Source: an uncultured Gammaproteobacteria bacterium (lineage in GTDB: Bacteria; Patescibacteriota; Microgenomatia; Daviesbacterales; UBA10151). From it: a DNA stretch of 64,000 nt. Numbering within the stretch: position 1 is the first letter of the stretch; every line of letters starts with the position of its first letter. A program made the position numbers and the translations under genes. This document shows, one piece after another, positions 58,191 to 64,000 of the stretch. Location: assembly GCA_964415615.1 (NCBI GenBank), contig CAYQAW010000005.1, positions 1,902 to 65,901 of the forward strand, written 5' to 3'. A model generated the notes under the pieces. It did no database searches, was not told the DNA's origin, and was given only the letters and a program-made list of their open reading frames with translations.

Positions 58191-59319
58191 TATGGATTAT
58201 TCAAAATTACCAAGACCAAGTTTATCTGGAATAGTTATTAGTATAGCTTTAGGAGTGGTGGTAGCTGTTGGGCTATACCAGGCTCAAGTAAGAGGTTTGC
58301 TTCCTGGGTCAATCAGTGAAAAACTGCCCCAGCCGGGTATCTTAGAAACAAGAAAAATAGTTTCAGAAGAGAATGCTGTAATTGATGTAGCTGAAAAAGT
58401 TTCACCATCTGTAGTAGCAATTGGGGCAACACAACGTGTTTTTAATCCTTTTGATCCTTTTTCAGTTCCAAGAAGCCAAAATACCACCATTGGTACAGGC
58501 TTTGTAGTTTCTGATAAAGGGATTATTGTAACTAATAAACATGTTGTTTCAGATACAGATGTTAAATATTCAGTTGTTACCAGGGATGGTAAAAAGTATG
58601 AGATTAGGAAAATTTATAGGGATCCAGTTTTAGATTTGGCGGTAGTGCAGGTAGACGGCAGTGATTTAAAATCTTTAGAACTAGGAGATTCTTCTAAATT
58701 AAAAATAGGCCAAACAGTTATAGCAATAGGAAATGCTTTAGGAAAGTTTACTAATACTGTGACAACAGGAGTAGTTTCTGGGGTTGGCAGAAGAGTGGTA
58801 GCTGGAGATCCTTTTTCAGGTTCATCTGAAGCTTTGGATGATTTAATTCAAACAGATGCTGCTATTAATCCTGGTAATTCAGGGGGGCCACTGTTAAATT
58901 CTGCAGGTCAAGTAATTGGGGTAAATGTGGCTACCACTGAAGGAGCTCAAAATATTGGGTTTGCAGTGCCTATAAATTCGGTTAAAAAAATAACAGATGA
59001 GTTTATTAAAACTGGTTCTGTTTCCAGGCCGGTTTTAGGGATTAGATATAGATTTATCTCCAGGGATGTGGCTATTATGAACGAGGTGCCCCAAGGAGCA
59101 TATATTCAAGAAGTGGTTCCTGATTCCTCAGCAGATCTAGCTGGAATAAAAGAAGGGGATATTATTACTAAAATAGATGGTCAAGCAGTAGATGCTGAGG
59201 CTAAAATCTCTCAGACTATAACTGGCAAAAAAATAGGGGACAAACTTAATTTAACTATCTGGAATGATGGTAAAGAAAGATCAGTAACAGCTACTTTACA
59301 AGAATTACCTAATCAATAA
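58183..59319 (+). CDS. htrA: HtrA/DegP-family serine protease with a C-terminal PDZ
   Basis: GNSGGPLLN serine motif; His and Asp upstream; PDZ domain. Confidence 0.9.
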   Translation: MISMDYSKLPRPSLSGIVISIALGVVVAVGLYQAQVRGLLPGSISEKLPQPGILETRKIVSEENAVIDVAEKVSPSVVAIGATQRVFNPFDPFSVPRSQNTTIGTGFVVSDKGIIVTNKHVVSDTDVKYSVVTRDGKKYEIRKIYRDPVLDLAVVQVDGSDLKSLELGDSSKLKIGQTVIAIGNALGKFTNTVTTGVVSGVGRRVVAGDPFSGSSEALDDLIQTDAAINPGNSGGPLLNSAGQVIGVNVATTEGAQNIGFAVPINSVKKITDEFIKTGSVSRPVLGIRYRFISRDVAIMNEVPQGAYIQEVVPDSSADLAGIKEGDIITKIDGQAVDAEAKISQTITGKKIGDKLNLTIWNDGKERSVTATLQELPNQ

Positions 59320-59958
59320 AATTCTTTGTTTGTGGGAAAGGTCTGTTTTTACATCAGTTTGAGCCTTTGGAAAATATTTTTGGGCTTCGTTTATAGCTAG
59401 TTCTCCATGAGTGTAGTCAACTTCTCCAATTATCAATTTAGGTTTCCAGCCTTTTTCATTAATTTGAGCAAATAATTTTCTATAAAGTTCAAAGCCATCT
59501 TCTCCACCATCTAAAGCTATATGGGGTTCAAAGTCTTTAACAGAAGAATCTAAATAGGGAATTCTTCCAGAAGGAATATAGGGAAGATTGGTTACAATGA
59601 TGCTTACACCCTTGGGGTGTAATCGAAGGTTTGATAACAAATTACTCTGTATAAATTTAATTTTATCTTCAACCCCATGTAGCTTGGCATTTTGCTGGGC
59701 AATTTTTAAAGCTTTTGCTGAAATATCAGTGGCTATAATTTTTACACTTGAATCATTTTTAGCAATAGAAATAGCTATATTTCCAGTTCCTGTTCCAATA
59801 TCTAAAACTAGAGTTTTACCTGTAATATTTCTCAAAACTTCATCTACTAATAGTTCTGTTTCAGGGCGGGGGATTAATACATCAGGAGTTACTTTAAACT
59901 TAAGTTTATAGAATTCAACCCAGCCCTTAATGTACTGAGAGGGCTTCGATGATTTCAC
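59305..59958 (-). CDS. prmC: Release-factor glutamine N5-methyltransferase (PrmC/HemK), short form
   Basis: SAM-binding [13 protein letters not shown] and NLPY (NPPY-class) motif. Directly downstream of prfA. Confidence 0.75.
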   Translation of the reverse strand: MKSSKPSQYIKGWVEFYKLKFKVTPDVLIPRPETELLVDEVLRNITGKTLVLDIGTGTGNIAISIAKNDSSVKIIATDISAKALKIAQQNAKLHGVEDKIKFIQSNLLSNLRLHPKGVSIIVTNLPYIPSGRIPYLDSSVKDFEPHIALDGGEDGFELYRKLFAQINEKGWKPKLIIGEVDYTHGELAINEAQKYFPKAQTDVKTDLSHKQRILLIR

Positions 59959-60853
59959 CTAAATCTCCTTCCAATATCCTATCCAAATTGTGCCAGGATT
60001 TACCAATTCTATGATCTGTAACTCTGTTTTGAGGGAAATTATAGGTTCTAATTTTCTCTGATCTGTCACCACTGCCAATCTGAGAGGACCTTTGTTCTGT
60101 AATGTTTCCTACCAATTTTTTTTGTTCCATTTCCCAGAGTCTGGAACGCAGCAGTGACAGGGCATTTTCCCTGTTTTGCAGCTGCGATCTTTCTGTCTGG
60201 CAGGTAACTATAATACCAGTTGGAATATGGGTTAATCTTACAGCAGTTGAGACTTTATTAACATTTTGTCCTCCAGCTCCACCAGATCTGAAAGCTTCAA
60301 ATTCTATATCAGCAGGATTGATACTAACTTGGGCTTCTGTAACTTGTGGAAGCACTGCTACAGTGGCAGTTGAGGTATGTATCCTGCCTCCGGATTCAGT
60401 AACAGGCACTCTTTGTACTCTGTGAACACCTGACTCAAATTTTAGGGCGTTATATGAATTTTTGCCAACTATTTTGAGAACAATTTCTTTGATTTGTCCC
60501 AGTTTGCCTTCTGATCTATCCAGTTCCTCCATTTTCCAGCCTGAATTTTGAGCAAACCTGGTGTACATCCGTAGTAAATTACCTGCAAAAAGACCTGCTT
60601 CATCACCACCAGCAGCGCTTCTCACTTCCAAAATGGCTATATTAGGATTGACCCCAGCATCTCCTGTCACCTGGGAGGTGGGCCCTGACTCCTCCCAGGT
60701 GTTCTGGCTTGATGCCTCAAGTTCTTTTTTTTGCTTTTCAAGTTCTGCAATTTCTTCTGCAGCCAATTCAGACATTTCTGGATCGGCAAGGAGGAGTTTG
60801 ACTTCTTCAATTCTTTTACTTATTTGATCTATTTGTTCTTTTAGATAATCCAT
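59927..60853 (-). CDS. prfA: Peptide chain release factor 1
   Basis: GGQ motif ([11 protein letters not shown]), RF1-type PVT/PxT tripeptide region, conserved [18 protein letters not shown]. Confidence 0.85.
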   Translation of the reverse strand: MDYLKEQIDQISKRIEEVKLLLADPEMSELAAEEIAELEKQKKELEASSQNTWEESGPTSQVTGDAGVNPNIAILEVRSAAGGDEAGLFAGNLLRMYTRFAQNSGWKMEELDRSEGKLGQIKEIVLKIVGKNSYNALKFESGVHRVQRVPVTESGGRIHTSTATVAVLPQVTEAQVSINPADIEFEAFRSGGAGGQNVNKVSTAVRLTHIPTGIIVTCQTERSQLQNRENALSLLRSRLWEMEQKKLVGNITEQRSSQIGSGDRSEKIRTYNFPQNRVTDHRIGKSWHNLDRILEGDLGEIIEALSVH

Positions 60854-61201
60854 CTAAGAAGAGATTTGTTTGTCCCGATTAAATCGGGATTTGCGGGCTT
60901 GCATCAGTAGATCTTTTAAGGATGGTCTTTCTTTCTTTTTCTCTGCTACTTTAGAACTGCGGTATTCTAAAATTTTCTTTCTTTCTTCCTGTTTTACTTT
61001 AGAAGTTTCTGTCTTTTTGATAAATCTATCTACTTGTCCTAAGGTATCAACAAACTTTTGCTGTCCTGTAAAAAATGGGTGACACTGGCTGCAAATTTCC
61101 ACGCGGATGGCAGATATTGTTGAGCCTGTTTCAAAGGTAGCACCACAAGCGCAAGTCACTTTTGCATTAGTGTACCAAGTTGGATGTATATTTGCTTTCA
61201 T
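60854..61201 (-). CDS. rpmE: 50S ribosomal protein L31 (Zn-ribbon type) with a ~45-aa basic C-terminal extension
   Basis: [10 protein letters not shown]...CxC...[10 protein letters not shown] core (~70 aa), followed by a K/E/R-rich tail. Confidence 0.75.
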   Translation of the reverse strand: MKANIHPTWYTNAKVTCACGATFETGSTISAIRVEICSQCHPFFTGQQKFVDTLGQVDRFIKKTETSKVKQEERKKILEYRSSKVAEKKKERPSLKDLLMQARKSRFNRDKQISS

Positions 61202-61212
61202 GGTAGAAGATA

Positions 61213-62151
61213 TTATACTCTATGAGCTTTGTGGTGTCTATGGTGGGCTTCCTTGGCCAGCGTACCTAAATATGCTCCTATTGCAATTAGAGCTCCTCCT
61301 ACTGCAAATTGATTAGATATTCTCTCACCTAAAATTAATACAGCTAAAACAGTGGCTATAAATGGTTCTATATATTGGAAAAGATCAGCCACAATTACAG
61401 ATGTTTTAGCAAGTCCCCATTCAAAAAGGAAATAAGCAGAAATGGAAGAAAGCAGAGTCATAAAAATAAGGCCTAATATACCTAGAACAGTTACCTGATT
61501 TATCCAGGCAGGATTTTGAATATATTCAATACTGGCTGGGATAAACATTGAAATAGTACCTACTAAAAAAGCTATGGCTGTAACTTCCAAAGAAGAATAT
61601 TTTTTTAGAATTTTTTTAGAAATAGTAGTACCAAAAACCCAAAAAACTGCAGCTAAAATTATTAAAATATTGCCTGTTAAAACCTGGTTTGAAACAGTGC
61701 CAGAGAAGACTTGAGGCAGTCCCACAATAATCAAAGCCCCTCCGAAGCCTAAAGCTATTCCCAAAAGATTAATTAGATAAACTTTTTCTTTTAAAAACCA
61801 CCAGCCTGAAAGTACACTAAGCATAGGGACAATTAAAGATAAAACTGAGGCATCTATAGCGGTGGTTCTTCTGATGCCTTCAAAAAAGAAGGTAATATTT
61901 AAAGTTATTACAAAAACACCAATAGCAATCAGTTTTGGCAAATCTTTTTTATCAATTTTTACTTTTTTTGTTTCTGCCAGGAAAAATGGGGCTAAAAGCA
62001 AGGATGCTAAAGCAAATCTTAGAAAAGCCAAGCTCATTGGGGGAAATTCCTGTAAAGCAATTTTTGCAACAACAAAGTTAGCACCCCAGATCAAGTGAGC
62101 AAGAATTAATGCCAGGTAAGGAATAGGTTTTTTAAGAATCTGAGATGACAC
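61213..62151 (-). CDS. EamA/DMT-superfamily transporter
   Basis: About 10 TM helices in two EamA-like repeats. Confidence 0.7.
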   Translation of the reverse strand: MSSQILKKPIPYLALILAHLIWGANFVVAKIALQEFPPMSLAFLRFALASLLLAPFFLAETKKVKIDKKDLPKLIAIGVFVITLNITFFFEGIRRTTAIDASVLSLIVPMLSVLSGWWFLKEKVYLINLLGIALGFGGALIIVGLPQVFSGTVSNQVLTGNILIILAAVFWVFGTTISKKILKKYSSLEVTAIAFLVGTISMFIPASIEYIQNPAWINQVTVLGILGLIFMTLLSSISAYFLFEWGLAKTSVIVADLFQYIEPFIATVLAVLILGERISNQFAVGGALIAIGAYLGTLAKEAHHRHHKAHRV

Positions 62152-62155
62152 TCTA

Positions 62156-63349
62156 TTATGATGTCAGTTTTTGGATAGCTTCGTCAAGTGTGAGAGCTTC
62201 CTGGGTTTTTCCGCCAGCTGGCGGATTAAGGTTTTTGAGCATAACTTTATTTAAAGCAGCTTCTTCTGGGCCAATGATAATTACAAATGGTATTCCTTTT
62301 TGATCAGCATATTTGAGCTGTTTTTCCAGCTTAGTTTTTGGATCTAACCAGAGTTCGGAATTGATACCCCGTAAACGTAGCCGATCGGCTACATCTATGG
62401 CAACTGGGGACAGATCTTTATTAAAAATGGTCACCAGGACTTTGGTGGTAGTTAAATCTTTTGGAAACAAATCCATCTGGTCCATAGCTTCAATAACCCT
62501 GTCAAAGCCAAAAGCTACTCCGACAGCTGGGATTTGTTTATCAGCAAACATGCCAACTAAATTATCATATCTTCCGCCACCAGCCACTGATCCAACACTG
62601 TAACCTTCAATTTCTACTTCAAAAATCATGCCAGTGTAGTAATCAAGTCCCCGGGCTAAGGTAGGGGAAAATTCTACTCTATCTTCTAAAGCCATTAAAA
62701 TAGTTTTGATAGTTTCAGTAGGCTGTGAACTTTCAAATTTTTCTACTAAATTTGCAGGAAAGCCTGCTTCAGCTAACTGGTGAGAGACCTGTTCTTTACC
62801 AATTTTTTTCAGTTTATCAATGATCCTGATTGCCTGAGAAGACATTCCTACGAAAAGCTGACGGTCATTTATTAAGACCTTAAATTTTTTAAACCCTAAT
62901 GATTCTAAACACTTAATACTACAGGCAATTACTTCTGCATCAGAAAGAGGGGAGTCTAGTCCTACAGTATCAATATCACACTGTAAAAACTCCCTGAATC
63001 TGCCTTTTTGAGTATTTTCTGCTCTCCAGACAGGTTGAATCTGGTATCTTTTAAATGGAGTAGGGAGTTTATCACCATATTCTGCTACAACTCTAGCCAA
63101 AGGCACAGTTTGATCATATCTTAAAGCTACTTTTCTGCCACCATTGTCTGTAAAACGGTACATTAATTTATCGCCTTCCGTACCATATTTGCCCAAGAGT
63201 ACATCTTCGTACTCCAAAGCAGGGGTTTCTAAAGGTTCAAAGCCATAAGATTCAAAAACCTTTTTTAAAATATTTATGACATATTGCCTCTTCCTGGCCT
63301 CACCAGGTAAAAAATCCCTAAATCCTTTTAATGTTTGAGCTTTAATCAT
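62156..63349 (-). CDS. hisS: Histidyl-tRNA synthetase
   Basis: N-terminal KGFRDFLPGEA, class II motifs, anticodon-binding C-terminal domain. Confidence 0.9.
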   Translation of the reverse strand: MIKAQTLKGFRDFLPGEARKRQYVINILKKVFESYGFEPLETPALEYEDVLLGKYGTEGDKLMYRFTDNGGRKVALRYDQTVPLARVVAEYGDKLPTPFKRYQIQPVWRAENTQKGRFREFLQCDIDTVGLDSPLSDAEVIACSIKCLESLGFKKFKVLINDRQLFVGMSSQAIRIIDKLKKIGKEQVSHQLAEAGFPANLVEKFESSQPTETIKTILMALEDRVEFSPTLARGLDYYTGMIFEVEIEGYSVGSVAGGGRYDNLVGMFADKQIPAVGVAFGFDRVIEAMDQMDLFPKDLTTTKVLVTIFNKDLSPVAIDVADRLRLRGINSELWLDPKTKLEKQLKYADQKGIPFVIIIGPEEAALNKVMLKNLNPPAGGKTQEALTLDEAIQKLTS

Positions 63350-63524
63350 AGTCTTCTCCTATCTTAACAACTTTAGCAGCAACTGTAAATTTATTACACT
63401 TTTGTTCAACTTCTCCCAAATATCTATTTATTATTTCACTTCTCTGAATTTGAGGACAATTCCAAACTAATAAAGTGGAATTACCTCCAGCAATAGTAAG
63501 CTTTTGTCTTCTCATTCTTCCCAT
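63342..63524 (-). CDS. Small ORF (60 aa) with SD AAGGAG; translationally coupled into hisS; function unknown
   Basis: ATGATTAA overlap with the hisS start. Weak resemblance to the N-terminus of DapF-like epimerases; not reliable. Confidence 0.25.
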   Translation of the reverse strand: MGRMRRQKLTIAGGNSTLLVWNCPQIQRSEIINRYLGEVEQKCNKFTVAAKVVKIGEDYD

Positions 63525-63706
63525 CTCCTTAATAGAATTCTTCCTTCACCTAACGGTAAACCCTCTCCTAAAACATCTCTCACTCTTTGTACATACCTAC
63601 TATCAGCATCTCCTAATATTTGAGCATCCCAATCAGGGGTAGTCTCTTCACTTGCAAGAGCATCAAATATTTCTGACATAGATGGTCTGTTATTAAATTT
63701 TTCCAT
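63512..63706 (-). CDS. Small acidic ORF (64 aa) immediately after the second terminator; may be spurious
   Basis: ATG directly follows the T-run. No similarity recognised. Confidence 0.2.
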   Translation of the reverse strand: MEKFNNRPSMSEIFDALASEETTPDWDAQILGDADSRYVQRVRDVLGEGLPLGEGRILLRRWEE

Positions 63707-63759
63707 AAAAAAACTCCCGTTCTTTGCTCATTACAAATGTAATGAACAAGGAACGAGAG
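63707..63759 (-). terminator. Rho-independent terminator (long imperfect hairpin plus U7) on the minus strand
   Basis: Minus strand reads ctctcgttccttgttcattaca-tttg-taatgagcaaagaacgggag-ttttttt. Confidence 0.6.
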
Positions 63760-63790
63760 GTATCCGACTTCGCTCATACTCATGAGCATT

Positions 63791-63813
63791 AAAAAAGGAC
63801 CTCCCGCGGTCCC
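63791..63813 (-). terminator. T-box terminator hairpin (GGGACC-GCGGGA-GGTCC plus U6)
   Basis: Minus strand reads gggaccgcgggaggtcc-tttttt. The 5' arm overlaps the T-box consensus. Confidence 0.65.
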
Positions 63814-64000
63814 ATCCTGTTTGTCTCGATGATTACTCATCAGACCTCTTGGTGGCGACTTTGGTTTTCCAACATCGTCTGTTTTATTTAACGGTTAAAC
63901 TTCCGTAGAGTATTTGGCTCTCAACTCCTGGATCGTGACTCCAGTACAAACGCTTTTAAACTCCGATTAAATCGGAGCCAATATTCAATTGTGTAATTAG
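63791..64000 (-). ncRNA. T-box riboswitch leader (His-specific) regulating hisS; 5' end may extend past the window edge
   Basis: The minus strand contains AAACAGGAUGGGACCGCGGG, which matches the T-box consensus AAUUAGGGUGGNACCGCGG. UGGG fits discriminator C73 of tRNA-His. An upstream stem has CAC in a loop context (ggagtCACGatcc), with a GAGAG element nearby. There is no ORF across this region. Confidence 0.55.

Noticed and set aside
63613-63840. 75-aa ORF on the minus strand
   Set aside because: It runs through two intrinsic terminators and the T-box hairpin, so it is spurious.
63828-63845. CUGAUGAG string (hammerhead-like) on the minus strand
   Set aside because: No GAAA core or appropriately paired stems I-III. 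Treated as chance.
63800-63960. Possible 5S rRNA or other known ncRNA upstream of hisS
   Set aside because: A GGUGGCGAC-like string resembles a 5S helix I strand, but no complementary partner strand or loop C/E consensus is present. The T-box consensus explains the region better.

Overview
This looks like a low-GC (roughly one-third GC) bacterial chromosome segment with compact, overlapping housekeeping genes. An archaeal-type PurP, purine-pathway gene fusions and many cell-envelope hydrolases suggest, without proving, a Patescibacteria/CPR-like organism. TGA is an ordinary stop here, so this is standard code 11.

The core content is housekeeping. It includes proS (3' end), tig, rpsU, ybeY, dnaX-ybaB-recR, glyA-folD, cysS and cmk. 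A near-complete de novo purine cluster follows: purF, a purN-purD fusion, a purS-like-purL fusion, purQ, guaA, purA, two tandem purP genes, purH, purB, purE, purC and purM, plus prs. After that come ppsA, eno, gpmA, ychF, rpsF-ssb-rpsR, ctpA, htrA, prmC-prfA-rpmE and hisS.

Small accessory cassettes are interspersed among these genes:
- A VapBC pair lies directly after dnaX and is flanked by a 33-nt duplication of the dnaX 3' end.
- A DUF4258/YgiT-zinc-finger pair lies directly after guaA and is flanked by a 38-nt duplication of the guaA 3' end.
- A small PaaX-like regulator cassette is flanked by a ~29-nt repeat whose core (TTGACGATCGTTACAAAT) recurs inverted after a BrnTA pair.
- A Phd antitoxin sits next to an internally deleted PIN toxin.
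- A JAB/MPN metalloprotease gene is split by an in-frame TGA.
- An XRE/hypothetical block with atypical composition lies between cysS and cmk.
- An accessory stretch runs from a beta-lactamase-like gene to a putative recombinase remnant, including a YrdD-like Zn ribbon protein, DUF3800, Hsp20 and a Fic protein with tandem operator-like repeats.

At the right edge, on the minus strand, a His-specific T-box leader with tandem terminators precedes hisS. No CRISPR arrays, rRNA or convincing tRNA genes are present.
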